Of a DNA stretch of 64,000 nucleotides, positions 17,819 through 27,652 are shown piece by piece. The notes beneath the pieces are model-generated. The model was not told where the DNA came from. It did not search any database and saw only the letters and a program-made list of their open reading frames with translations. Within the stretch, counting starts at the first letter, position 1. Each line of letters starts with the position of its first letter. Location of the stretch: assembly GCA_964537035.1 (NCBI GenBank), contig CAZIAK010000008.1, positions 624 to 64,623 on the forward strand. The letters run 5' to 3'. Source of the DNA: an uncultured Phycisphaerales bacterium. GTDB lineage: Bacteria; Planctomycetota; B15-G4. Made by a program: the position numbers and the translations under genes.

Positions 17819-19417
17819 GTGGATCTCAACACCATCCTCACCTGGACAGTCGGCGCGAGCTGCGGCTTGCTGGTGCTGCGCATGGGCCTCTCAGGCCCCA
17901 CGCGCCCCCTGGGCTGGCTCTCTGTCTCGGGGGGACTGCTGGCGCTTGTGGGCTTGCTCTGGTGGCTCGTCCCTGGGCGAGCGGGGCTCATCGTCGGCCC
18001 CCTCTGGGCGCTGCTCATTCTCTGCCCGATTCTCCTGTCACGGTCCATGACCCTGGCCGTCATGCACAGGCAGTGGAATCGGGCGAGAGTCATGGCCAGG
18101 GTGCTGTCCGTGCTGCATCCCTTCGACGGACTGCAAGATCAACCCCGGGTCCTGCGCGTCTTGGCCCGTATCGATCAGGGACGCAGCGACGAGGTGGCTG
18201 ACGACCTGGCAGAGATGCGCCGGGCCGACACGCCCCTGGCCTGGACGGCCACGGTGATGCAGGCGAAGTCGCACCAGGCCTGGCCCGAGGTGCTGACCTG
18301 GCTGGAGTCCCGGGGCGACAAAGAGCGCTTGCTCAAGCATCCGCCTGTGGTGACCTGCGCGCTCAGGGCCCTGGGCGAGACGGGTCGGCACGGCGAGATG
18401 GTCGAGCTCTTTCGTGCCCATGGAGAGACAGAGACCCTGCGCAAGAGCATCCTGACCCAGGGCTGGATGATCGCCCAGCTGGGTGCCTTTCTCGGCCGCA
18501 GCGACATCCTCGAGGCCATGTTCAGCGGGCCCTTGGGATCCGTGCGGGCAGCCTCGACCGAATACTGGCGGGGCACTGCCGCGCAGGTCGCCGGCCAAGA
18601 GGAAAAAGCTGCGAAACATCTGCGCGCATCCCGCGTCATGGCTCAGGACAGCCTGCTCGCCGAGATCGACAAACGTCTACACCAGCCCCTTGCACCGATC
18701 AGCCCCGAAGACCTGTCAGGCGAACAGCAGGCCTGGGTCGACTCCCTGGCCGAGCGCACCCAGCACGAGCAGCAGTTCGCCTCCCTGAGCTCAGGCACCA
18801 ACCGGGGCACACCCGCGACGTGGCTCCTCTGCGCTCTGCTCGGCGCCGTCTTCGTGGTCGAGATGCAGGGGGGCGCCAACGACGTCGACAACCTGATCGC
18901 ACTGGGAGCCCTGATCGTCCCCGTCGAACTCACCCCGGGCGAGTGGTGGCGGCGCATCAGCGCGGGCTTCCTGCACTTCGGTGGCCTGCACCTGGCCATG
19001 AACATGGGCGCGCTCCTGCTGCTCGGGCGATGGCTCGAACGATCGGTGGGCACGGCGCGCATGGTCAGCTGTTACCTGGCGGCGACCCTGGCCTCCATCG
19101 GCCTGTTTCCCTTCTTCGCCGGTGCGACTCTCGATCAACCCCAGGTCGTGGTAGGAGCCTCGGGCGGCGTGATGGGACTGCTGGGAGCCCTGCTGGGCGT
19201 GGCCCTGGTGGGACGAGCGCAAGGCAAGTCGAAGCTCGTGGCCAGCCAGTTCAACGTGCTGCTCATGCTCGTCGTCATGCAGGTGCTCTTCGATCACCAG
19301 ACGCCCATGGTCAGCTCCCTGGCCCACACATTGGGCTTGGGAGCCGGGCTGATCTTCGGGCTGGCGGCGGGAGCGCTCATGGCCCGGCAAGCAACGCCTC
19401 CCCGTACACCTCGCTAG
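17819..19417 (+). CDS. Rhomboid intramembrane serine protease with a long N-terminal TM plus helical extension
   Basis: WWR loop, FLHFGGLHLAMNM, catalytic GASGG and AHTLG His. Confidence 0.9.
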   Translation: MDLNTILTWTVGASCGLLVLRMGLSGPTRPLGWLSVSGGLLALVGLLWWLVPGRAGLIVGPLWALLILCPILLSRSMTLAVMHRQWNRARVMARVLSVLHPFDGLQDQPRVLRVLARIDQGRSDEVADDLAEMRRADTPLAWTATVMQAKSHQAWPEVLTWLESRGDKERLLKHPPVVTCALRALGETGRHGEMVELFRAHGETETLRKSILTQGWMIAQLGAFLGRSDILEAMFSGPLGSVRAASTEYWRGTAAQVAGQEEKAAKHLRASRVMAQDSLLAEIDKRLHQPLAPISPEDLSGEQQAWVDSLAERTQHEQQFASLSSGTNRGTPATWLLCALLGAVFVVEMQGGANDVDNLIALGALIVPVELTPGEWWRRISAGFLHFGGLHLAMNMGALLLLGRWLERSVGTARMVSCYLAATLASIGLFPFFAGATLDQPQVVVGASGGVMGLLGALLGVALVGRAQGKSKLVASQFNVLLMLVVMQVLFDHQTPMVSSLAHTLGLGAGLIFGLAAGALMARQATPPRTPR

Positions 19418-19480
19418 CGGGGGTTTCTCACCTGCGTCGGCCCGGCCATGCCTGGTGAAGAACGGGAGCTGCCCGGCCGC

Positions 19481-20764
19481 TCAATGCAGCCCGGTCAACC
19501 GCCGCCGCAACAGGTCGAGGGCCATGTTCACCGAGCGGCCGCGGATGCCCTCGCGCGAGCCGGGCCACGAGATCATGCGAGCCACACTCCCCGCGCTGTC
19601 TGCGAGCGCGAAGTAGACCGTGCCCACTGGCTTCTCCACCGTGCCGCCCCCGGGTCCTGCGATGCCGGTCACGGCCAAGGCGACATCGGCACCAGAAGCT
19701 CGCAGCTGCCCTTCCGCCATGGCCAGGGCCACGGGCTCGCTCACCGCGCCCCACTGGGCCAGCAGCTCTGCGGGGACACCCAGCAGCGCCTCCTTGACCT
19801 CGTTGGCGTAGGTCACGGCGCCCTGTCGAAACACGACCGAGCTTCCGGGAACGTCGGTGAGCGCCCCTGCCAGCAGCCCACCGGTGCAAGACTCGGCGCA
19901 GCTGACGGTGCGGCCTTGTTCCGTGAGCAGCGACACGCAGCGCTCGGCCAGGCTCTCCTTGCGGCGGCTGTAGACCGCATCGCCCAGACGGCTGGCGGCC
20001 TCGTCGGCGGCAGCGTCCATGGCAGCGGCGTGCTCACCCCGCACGGTGATCGACATGCTCCCCAGTGAGACCGTGATGCCCACCCTGCAGCCAGCGCGGG
20101 ACGGGTCCATCAGGTCGCCCAGGCGATGGCCGGCTTCGCTCTCCGAGAGGCCGGCGGCCTGCAATCGTCGCGGGGGCTGCAGCTCGCCCTGACCGATGAC
20201 ATCGTCGAACAACGCCACGGCCATGGCTTTCATCTCGGACGGCACGCCGGGCATCACCGCAACGGACTGCTGTTCGACCTGCACCATGAAGCCAGGTGCG
20301 GTGCCTCGTGGGTTGCTCAGCACCCGCGCACCCACGGGCATCTCGGCCTGCCGTCGCGCACCAGGAGTCAGCACCCGGCCCTTGAGCCGAGCGACCTGCT
20401 CATCGATCAGCTCGGGACGTTCTTCGAGCGCCAGACCGAACGCGGACGCCACCCCATCGCGGGTCAGGTCGTCGGCCGTGGGGCCCAGTCCACCGGTGAT
20501 GAGGATCAGATCGCCGTCGTCGCGAGCCCTGTGCAGCACCCGTGCGATCTCGTCGATGCGATCACCCGTGGTCGCTTGCGCCACCACGCGATGGCCGCGC
20601 TCGGCACAGAGGGTCGCCAGCCACTGGGCATTGGTGTCGACGATGTCGCCAGCCAGCAGCTCGTCGCCAATGGAGAGCAGCACCACGTTGCGAGCCGCAC
20701 CAGGGCTCGCCCCCCCCCCTTCGGCCGGCTGAGCGTCGGCCGGTGGCTGCGCCCCACCCACCAC
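19481..20764 (-). CDS. cinA: CinA-family protein (MoCF-binding domain plus PncC nicotinamide mononucleotide deamidase)
   Basis: IGDELLAGDIVDTNA, TGGLGPTADDLT, SCAESCTGG, TGIAGPGG. The start may be later than 20764. Confidence 0.92.
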   Translation of the reverse strand: MVGGAQPPADAQPAEGGGASPGAARNVVLLSIGDELLAGDIVDTNAQWLATLCAERGHRVVAQATTGDRIDEIARVLHRARDDGDLILITGGLGPTADDLTRDGVASAFGLALEERPELIDEQVARLKGRVLTPGARRQAEMPVGARVLSNPRGTAPGFMVQVEQQSVAVMPGVPSEMKAMAVALFDDVIGQGELQPPRRLQAAGLSESEAGHRLGDLMDPSRAGCRVGITVSLGSMSITVRGEHAAAMDAAADEAASRLGDAVYSRRKESLAERCVSLLTEQGRTVSCAESCTGGLLAGALTDVPGSSVVFRQGAVTYANEVKEALLGVPAELLAQWGAVSEPVALAMAEGQLRASGADVALAVTGIAGPGGGTVEKPVGTVYFALADSAGSVARMISWPGSREGIRGRSVNMALDLLRRRLTGLH

Positions 20765-20766
20765 GG

Positions 20767-21861
20767 TCAGCGTCCCACGAGAAAATGGGCCACGTCGCCG
20801 TCCGCCATGACGTACTCCTTGCCCTCGCTGCGCAGGCGCCCGGCGGCACGAATGGCCGCCTCGCTGCCCAGCTCGGCGAGGTCGTCCACCTGGTACACCT
20901 CGGCGCGGATGAACTGCTTCTGGAAGTCGGTGTGGATCACACCCGCCGCCACCGGAGCCACATCACCCTTGCGGATGGTCCAGGCCCTGATCTCCTTGGG
21001 GCCCGCGGTGAAGAACGTCTGCAGACCCAGCAGGTCGAAGGCGGCCACGGCCAGGCGTTCGAGGCCCGCTGCGGGGAGGCCCAGATCTTCGAGAAACTCG
21101 GCCCGATCGCCGGTGTCCATCTCGGCCAGCTCGTTCTCGATCTGGGCGCTGAGCACGATCACGCCGGCGCCGTGGGAAGCGGCGTGCTCTTGCAAGGCGA
21201 CCACCGCCGGGTCCTTGCCGTCCACGTCGTCTTCGCTGACGTTGGCCACGTACAGGATCGGCTTCATGGTCAGCAGAAACAGACGGTGCAGGGCCTCGAG
21301 TTCACGTTCGTTCCAGCTCGTGGCGCGCATGAGCTGGCCTCCTTCGAGCCAGGCCTGGGCCCGCTCGAACACCGCCAGCTCTTCCTTGGCGGCCTTGTCC
21401 TGGCTGCGGGCCTTCTTGGCCGTCTTGTTCAGGGCCTTCTCGACGGTGTCGAGGTCGGCCATGCACAGCTCCATCTCGATCACGCCGGCGTCACCCACCG
21501 GGTCGATCTTGCCGGCCACGTGCACCACGTCAGGGTCTTCGAAGCAGCGCACCACATGGATGATCGCCTGAGTCTCGCGAATGTTGCCCAAGAACTTGTT
21601 GCCCAGGCCCTCGCCGCGGCTCGCGCCGGCCACCAGCCCGGCGATGTCCACCAGCTCAAGGGTGGCGGGGATGACCTTCTCGGTCTCGATGATCTTCTGG
21701 ATCGTCGTGAGCCGGGCATCAGGTACAGGGACCATGCCCACGTTGGGCTCGATCGTGCAGAACGGATAGTTGGCCGCCTCGGCACCTGCCGCGGTGATGG
21801 CGTTGAAGAGCGTCGACTTGCCGACGTTGGGAAGGCCGACGATGCCGCAGGCGAGACTCAC
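20767..21861 (-). CDS. ychF: Redox-regulated ATPase YchF
   Basis: [54 protein letters not shown]. Confidence 0.97.
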   Translation of the reverse strand: MSLACGIVGLPNVGKSTLFNAITAAGAEAANYPFCTIEPNVGMVPVPDARLTTIQKIIETEKVIPATLELVDIAGLVAGASRGEGLGNKFLGNIRETQAIIHVVRCFEDPDVVHVAGKIDPVGDAGVIEMELCMADLDTVEKALNKTAKKARSQDKAAKEELAVFERAQAWLEGGQLMRATSWNERELEALHRLFLLTMKPILYVANVSEDDVDGKDPAVVALQEHAASHGAGVIVLSAQIENELAEMDTGDRAEFLEDLGLPAAGLERLAVAAFDLLGLQTFFTAGPKEIRAWTIRKGDVAPVAAGVIHTDFQKQFIRAEVYQVDDLAELGSEAAIRAAGRLRSEGKEYVMADGDVAHFLVGR

Positions 21862-21903
21862 GAGACAGAACTCCGTTGGGTACCAGGCAGGACGATGGGC
21901 CTG

Positions 21904-22674
21904 CTAGAGGATGGCTTTGTCCCGGGCGGCTTGAGCGCGCCGGGCGAGGATCAGACCGAGCTCGTACAAGATCACCATGGGACCGGCGACGAGCATCTGG
22001 GTGATGGGATCGGGCGGCGTCATGATCGCCGCGAAGATCAACATGCACAGGATGGCGATCCTGCGCGACGAAGCCAGGGTCGCCACGTCGACCAGGCCGG
22101 AGCGCACGATCAACCACATCAGGATCGGCAGCTCGAAGACCACGCCCAGCAACAGGGTCAGGGTCAGCAGCAGGCTCAAGTACTCCTGCAGCGTCACCTG
22201 GGCGTGGGCGAGCTCTGCGGGGATCCAGGTCAGCAGGATCGGCAGGGCCAGGGGCAAGACCATCCAGTAGCCGAAGGACAGACCGGCCCCGAAGAGGCCG
22301 ATGGCCGCGGGAAAGGCCTTGAAGACCGCCTTGCGCTCGTGCGCATGAAGACCGACGCCGACGAAGCGCCAGACCTCGTACAAGAGATACGGGCCACCCA
22401 CCAGCACGGCGAAGGCCATGGCCACCTTCATGGAGAACAGGAACGCCTCGGTGGGCTTGATGAAGCCGAGACGTCCCGGATCTCCCAGGCCATCGGCCAC
22501 CATGGACTCTCGCGCCATGGTCCAGGGCTTGACCATGATCGTGGCGAAGAAATCATCCATGAACATGCCCACGGCGAACAGGGCCACCAGCACCAGACCG
22601 CTGCGCAGCACGCAGCCCCGCAGCTCCTCAAGGTGCCGGCGCAGGGGCATGCGGGAGTCGTCGTTGGTCTTCAT
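21904..22674 (-). CDS. tatC: Twin-arginine translocase subunit TatC
   Basis: MPL..HLEELR, P.EAF, FELP and TPPDPITQ motifs; six TM segments. Confidence 0.93.
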   Translation of the reverse strand: MKTNDDSRMPLRRHLEELRGCVLRSGLVLVALFAVGMFMDDFFATIMVKPWTMARESMVADGLGDPGRLGFIKPTEAFLFSMKVAMAFAVLVGGPYLLYEVWRFVGVGLHAHERKAVFKAFPAAIGLFGAGLSFGYWMVLPLALPILLTWIPAELAHAQVTLQEYLSLLLTLTLLLGVVFELPILMWLIVRSGLVDVATLASSRRIAILCMLIFAAIMTPPDPITQMLVAGPMVILYELGLILARRAQAARDKAIL

Positions 22675-22915
22675 GGGACGCCGTGAAGTGGTCGGTCAGT
22701 GCTGCGCCCGGAGGTCGCGCCAGCCGGGCCGAGGGTGAGTCTCAGCGCCTGACCCGCAAGGCCATCCGTCACAGAGCGGCATACTCACGAATCGCGACCC
22801 GGAGGGCAATGCCAGCGCCCACCCCCGCCGCTCCCCACGCCCCCTGTTCTCTCGCCACGACTCTCCCGCCCCGCGGCGACCCGCCCACGCCACGGCCTGC
22901 GGGGGGCATCCCGGC

Positions 22916-23629
22916 TCAGACGGGCCGAAACGCCCCCGCCCGGTCGAGTCTGACGGCCAGGGGCTGGGCATCCACCCGGGCGCAGTGATCGAGATCGCCA
23001 CCCAGGCCCACCTCCAGCAGCTTGCGTCCGGAGAGGCTGCGGCCCAGCAGGCCCTTGAGGTCGTGCTTCCAGGCGTCGAACAGGGCCGCGGCGACCCTGG
23101 CTCCATCACCGGGGGACGCCGCCCCGAGCAGGGCCAGGCTGCCAGCGATGCAGCCCGCCGCCGCCACGTCGTCCGCGGCCATCTCACCGCCACTGCCGGC
23201 GCAGACCAGCAGCACCTCGTCGGCGCCACTGTCCACCAGCGCCCGTGCGGTGGCCTCGGCGTTCACGAAAGCTGCGGCCCACACCGCCCGCCCCCCCAGG
23301 CAGCGGCGCACGGCCTGGGTGCCGTTGGTGGTGGTCAGCACCACGGGGCGGCCGGCGCAGCGTTGCTCCGTGAAGTCCCCCGGAGAGTTGCCCAGATCGA
23401 AACCCTCGGGAGGCAGCCCCCCCCGCTCACCCGCGAGTAGAGCCCCCGTGGCTGCAGCCAGACCCCGAGCCTCCTCCACGTCACCCACAGGAGTCACCCC
23501 TTCGCAGCCAGCAGCAAGGGCAGAGACCACCGTGGTCGTGGCTCGAACCACGTCGATGACCACGGCGCTCACCTCAGCGCCGAGCTTCGCAGGCACAAGG
23601 TCCTGGATCAGAGCCACCTCAACGTGCAT
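22916..23629 (-). CDS. comB: 2-phosphosulfolactate phosphatase (ComB) family protein
   Basis: VVIDVVRATTT, LAGERGG, FDLGNSP, TTTNGT, LLVCAG...DD. Confidence 0.88.
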   Translation of the reverse strand: MHVEVALIQDLVPAKLGAEVSAVVIDVVRATTTVVSALAAGCEGVTPVGDVEEARGLAAATGALLAGERGGLPPEGFDLGNSPGDFTEQRCAGRPVVLTTTNGTQAVRRCLGGRAVWAAAFVNAEATARALVDSGADEVLLVCAGSGGEMAADDVAAAGCIAGSLALLGAASPGDGARVAAALFDAWKHDLKGLLGRSLSGRKLLEVGLGGDLDHCARVDAQPLAVRLDRAGAFRPV

Positions 23630-23693
23630 CACCGCCCTCCAGATCTACTCTGCATCTCACCCCCATCTCGAAGCCAGAGCACGCTCTGCCCCC

Positions 23694-23858
23694 GGAAGGC
23701 CACAGTCGCCTCTCTCCACGGACGAGGTCGTCCCTGTTTCTCGCCAAGGGGGGGCTGGAGCGAGTTCACGAGGCAAAGCCTCGTTGTCTGAGCGCCACGG
23801 CCCCCCTTGGTGAGAAACAGGGACGGCCGGAGCACCCCAGAAAGGCGATCTGTAGCGC
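23694..23858 (+). repeat. Nested palindromic intergenic repeat, copy 1 of 3
   Basis: Arms 23726-23754 and 23801-23828 are inverted repeats (GTCCCTGTTTCTCGCCAAGGGGGG / CCCCCCTTGGTGAGAAACAGGGAC); near-identical to the copies at 42429 and 57109. Confidence 0.9.
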
Positions 23859-24004
23859 TGACCAGAGACACGACGACCCGCGGCACCAAGCGGCGTCGCG
23901 GGTCGTTGCAGGGCTGTGATCACACCCGAGTCGGAGGGAGTCAGCTCGCTGCCGCAGCAGCAAGCCCGCTCCGGACCCACCAGGCCAACCGGGGCCTGAG
24001 GAAC

Positions 24005-25294
24005 TCAGCTGCCCAGGAAGCTGGCCAGGTCGGCCAGACGCACGATGCGCATGCCCCACTTGTCCGCCTTGCGGTACTCGTCCGTGTCTTCGAGCTCGAC
24101 AGCAAACTCACCCTCGGACAGGTTCTTCTGTCCCAGGACCAGCACGTCGGTGGTCTCGCTGATGCTGCCATCGACCACGCCGCCATGCTCAGCCAGACGA
24201 GCCTGGATGAACTCCTTGCTCAGGCTGATGGGGAACTCACCCAGCAGGTGGTAATGGAGCACACGACGAGCAGAGAACACCGGGCTGCGCACCACGTCGC
24301 CCGGCAGCACCGGGTCGAGGAGGACCGCCTTGCCCAGCAAGCCTGCCGTCGAACCGTTGCCATCGACGGAGCGCACTTCGACCTCGCCCTTCGAGACCAG
24401 GGCTCCGTTGGGGCCAGGCCGCAGCACTTCGAAGCGCGTGCCCACTGCCAGACCGTCTTGCGAGCTGATGTCGAGCCAGACCAGGGCACCGTCACCACTC
24501 ACGGCCTGGACAGAACCGTCGGCGGCCTCCGGCGCGATGGGCGCCCGATGTGCCGCGATGGCACCCAGCAGCGCAGCGGCGTCAGCCTGCTCTCGAGCCG
24601 CATCGGCCTGGGCCACGTCGAGGGTCGTCTGCAGTGACCGAGCCGAATCATCAGCGGCCTGCTGCTGATCGGTCAGATCTTGGATGCGCCGGTCGTAGTT
24701 GTTGGCCTGGGTGATCCCGCGCTGCTGCTCGTCAGCCAGATCGCTCCGCAACTGGGCAATCTGATCGTTGAAGGCGCTCTCGTTGTCCCGGGTGAGCTGG
24801 GTCGCCGCGTCGCGGGCCGCTTCAGCAGAGGACACCGCCGACCGGGCAGCCTGCTCGGCCGTCCGCGACGCCTGAAGCGCTGACAGCAGGGCCTTGAGCG
24901 TCTGATCGACGGTCACCTGGCTGTCCACGTCGCCCAGGGCCGCACCCACGCTGACCTTGGCCGCATCGATGTCCACCGCCAGGGCGGCGGCGTTCGTGCG
25001 CGATGCCAGGTTGGCCGGATCGCTGTAGCCGACCACATCAGAGAGGGCCTTGTGCATCTCGTACTGCTCGTCCCGCAGAGCCTCCATGGCGACGAGAGCA
25101 GCCCGATCCTTGTCGGCGTCGGCCTGAATATTGGCGATATCCGCGTCGGTGACGTAGAGCAAGGCCAGGGTCCCCAGCCAGAGGATCATGATCGACACAA
25201 GCCACATGGCGTTGACCGCACCGGCTTGAGTGCGATGCTTGCAGGAGGTTTCGCTCACGATGTCCGCATCCGTTCGGGGAGGGCGACCAGACAT
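24005..25294 (-). CDS. Membrane-anchored coiled-coil protein with C-terminal beta domain and BRCT-like domain
   Basis: N-terminal TM segment, long Ala/Gln/Asp coiled coil, and a C-terminus GGVVDGSISETTDVLVLG...A.KWGMRIV resembling BRCT. Start uncertain. Confidence 0.6.
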   Translation of the reverse strand: MSGRPPRTDADIVSETSCKHRTQAGAVNAMWLVSIMILWLGTLALLYVTDADIANIQADADKDRAALVAMEALRDEQYEMHKALSDVVGYSDPANLASRTNAAALAVDIDAAKVSVGAALGDVDSQVTVDQTLKALLSALQASRTAEQAARSAVSSAEAARDAATQLTRDNESAFNDQIAQLRSDLADEQQRGITQANNYDRRIQDLTDQQQAADDSARSLQTTLDVAQADAAREQADAAALLGAIAAHRAPIAPEAADGSVQAVSGDGALVWLDISSQDGLAVGTRFEVLRPGPNGALVSKGEVEVRSVDGNGSTAGLLGKAVLLDPVLPGDVVRSPVFSARRVLHYHLLGEFPISLSKEFIQARLAEHGGVVDGSISETTDVLVLGQKNLSEGEFAVELEDTDEYRKADKWGMRIVRLADLASFLGS

Positions 25295-25422
25295 GGGATA
25301 GACCCACGTTCTGGGAAGGCGCGGATTATAGGTACCGAGTCCGGGGGCGGCAACGAGCCCGAGGGAACGAGTCACAAAGCGGCTCCCCAGAGAGCCCGGG
25401 GAGCGCTATCCTCAGCGGCATC

Positions 25423-26040
25423 ATGGGCCAAATCATTGGATTGCTGGGCGGTGTGGCCAGCGGCAAATCTACCGTGGCGAATCTGCTGGCCGAGGCGGGC
25501 TGGCTGGTCCTGGACGCCGACGAGGTGGCCCGGCAGGTGGTCTGCGAGCCCGCCGTGACCCAGGCCCTGGCCAGCCGTTTCGGCGCAGACCTCTTTGACA
25601 GCGAGGGCTCCCTGGACAGGGCCCTGCTGGCCGACAGGGCCTTCTCCAGCCCCTCCGAAACAGAGGCGCTGAACGCCATCGTGCACCCGGCGGTACGCCA
25701 GCGGCTGGTCGCGCAGCTGGAAGCGGCCGGTAGCCGAAATGTGGCCCTGGACATCCCCCTGCTGCTCGAATCGCCCTTGGCCGAGCGTGTGGACAAGTGG
25801 GTCTTCATTGCCTCGGAGGCAGCCCAGCGGGACCGTCGGGCCGCCACTCGCGACTGGGCACCCGGAGAGCGCGCTCGCCGGGAGGCGCTTCAGGCTGCGC
25901 TGACAGAGAAACGGGCCGCCGCCGACCACGTACTGGAAAACAACGGCACGATCGACGATCTTGGGGCGCAGGTGCAGGCCCTGCTTCGCGCATGGGCCGC
26001 AAACATCAGCCACCACACACCAGGCGATCGGGCGCCCTGA
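25423..26040 (+). CDS. coaE: Dephospho-CoA kinase
   Basis: IIGLLGGVASGKST, LDAD, LDR..LA..F, LNAIVHP, DIPLL.E. Confidence 0.95.
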   Translation: MGQIIGLLGGVASGKSTVANLLAEAGWLVLDADEVARQVVCEPAVTQALASRFGADLFDSEGSLDRALLADRAFSSPSETEALNAIVHPAVRQRLVAQLEAAGSRNVALDIPLLLESPLAERVDKWVFIASEAAQRDRRAATRDWAPGERARREALQAALTEKRAAADHVLENNGTIDDLGAQVQALLRAWAANISHHTPGDRAP

Positions 26041-26123
26041 GCGGCCCCGCTGCCGCCGGACTCACATCCGGCTGGCCCAAAGCCCCTCCCCCTCTGCACG
26101 AGCGTTTCGCTCCCCCTGCCGCC

Positions 26124-27581
26124 ATGCCCCGAGCTCCGCGCCACTCCGCCGACCTCGACGAGACTGCCGGTGACCCCGGCGACACGTCCTCCACCTTGAA
26201 CCCCTCAGACCCCGTGACCGACGACGCCAACGCAGACAGCGATGAGCTGCTCTCCGAGGGCTATCGCCCCATCAACGTCAAGAAGGCCCCGAAGCTCCCC
26301 GGGCAAGAGGGCCACGGCGAGCCCTGCGACCTGGCTGAGCTGGCCCTCCTGCCCATCCCCGAGCTGGTGAGTCGGCTGCGGCGCTACGGCCTCACCGTCC
26401 ACGAAGGCATCGATCGCAGTCGCTTGCTGGTTTCGCTGATGCGCAACTCCGACAAGCTCAAGATCGATGTGGTGGGCGAAGGCCAGATCGAGCTGCTGCC
26501 CGAGGGTTACGGCTTCTTGCGCTCGTCCCGCAACACGTTCTTGCCTTCGCCAGATGACCTCTACATCGCCCCCGCCATGGTGGAGAAATACCACCTGCGC
26601 CCGGGCATGGCGGTGCGGGGCACGCTCCGCCGGGGGCGACGCAAGGACAAGTACTTCGCCATCGACCAGATCTTGTCCATCAACGAAAAGCCCCCCGAAG
26701 AGGCGGTCCACTGGAAGCCCTTCGACGAGCTGGAGCCGATCTTCCCCAACAAGCGCATTCTGCTTGAGACCACCTCCCGGGAGTTTTCGGCGCGCATCAT
26801 CGACCTCATGGCGCCCCTGGGCTTTGGGCAGCGGGGCCTGATCGTCTCGCCACCCCGGGCTGGCAAGACGATGCTGCTGAAAGACCTGGCCAACGCCGTC
26901 ACCACCAACTACCCGAAGGTGAAGCTGCTGGTTTTCCTGGTCGATGAGCGCCCCGAAGAGGTCACCGACATGATCCGTTCGGTGGATGGCGAGGTGATCG
27001 CGTCCACCTTTGATGAACCGCCAGAGCGTCACGTGGCCGTGGCCGAGCGGGTCGACGAGCGCGCCCGCAGCCTGGTCGAATCTGGCTACGACGTGGTGCT
27101 GCTCATCGACTCGATCACCCGGCTGGGGCGAGCCTTCAACGCCGCCGCCCGCACCAGCGGCCGCATCCTGTCCGGTGGACTCGAAGCCAAGGCCCTACAG
27201 AAGCCCAAGCGCCTGTTCGGCGCCGCCCGCAACATCGAAGACGGCGGCTCACTGACCATCCTGGCCTCTGCGCTGATCGAGACCAACTCGCGCATGGACG
27301 AGGTCATCTTCGAGGAGTTCAAGGGCACGGGCAACATGGAGATCGTGCTCTCACGGGCCATCAGCGAGCAGCGCATCTTCCCCGCCATCGACGTCCATCG
27401 CTCGGGCACGCGCATGGAAGACCTGCTCTTCGACCCCCAAGAGGCCGATCTGGTGCGGGACCTGCGCACGGCCCTGGCCGACCTCACCCCGATCGACGCC
27501 GCCGAACAGCTGCTCGAGCGCATGCACAAGACCGCCAGCAACCCTGAGTTTCTGCTCGGCCTGCGCAGCGGACGCTTCTGA
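26124..27581 (+). CDS. rho: Transcription termination factor Rho
   Basis: GYGFLR, GQRGLIVSPPRAGKT, DERPEEVTDM, DSITRL, FEEFKGTGNME. Start re-called to ATG 26124. Confidence 0.95.
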   Translation: MPRAPRHSADLDETAGDPGDTSSTLNPSDPVTDDANADSDELLSEGYRPINVKKAPKLPGQEGHGEPCDLAELALLPIPELVSRLRRYGLTVHEGIDRSRLLVSLMRNSDKLKIDVVGEGQIELLPEGYGFLRSSRNTFLPSPDDLYIAPAMVEKYHLRPGMAVRGTLRRGRRKDKYFAIDQILSINEKPPEEAVHWKPFDELEPIFPNKRILLETTSREFSARIIDLMAPLGFGQRGLIVSPPRAGKTMLLKDLANAVTTNYPKVKLLVFLVDERPEEVTDMIRSVDGEVIASTFDEPPERHVAVAERVDERARSLVESGYDVVLLIDSITRLGRAFNAAARTSGRILSGGLEAKALQKPKRLFGAARNIEDGGSLTILASALIETNSRMDEVIFEEFKGTGNMEIVLSRAISEQRIFPAIDVHRSGTRMEDLLFDPQEADLVRDLRTALADLTPIDAAEQLLERMHKTASNPEFLLGLRSGRF

Positions 27582-27652
27582 GCCGCTGGCCGCCGAAGGT
27601 GCTCGCTCGGCGCACGGGACGCAACGCCCGGGCTGCTCGGAGCGACCGGCGC

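Noticed and set aside
22690-22915. Possible tatA gene or TPP riboswitch upstream of tatC (GCTGAGA...ACCC on the minus strand)
   Set aside because: No TatA-like ORF; the AACCTGA and TAAT elements of a TPP aptamer are missing.
25797-26123. Extended N-terminus of Rho
   Set aside because: It overlaps coaE and is compositionally shadow-like; ATG 26124 is more plausible.
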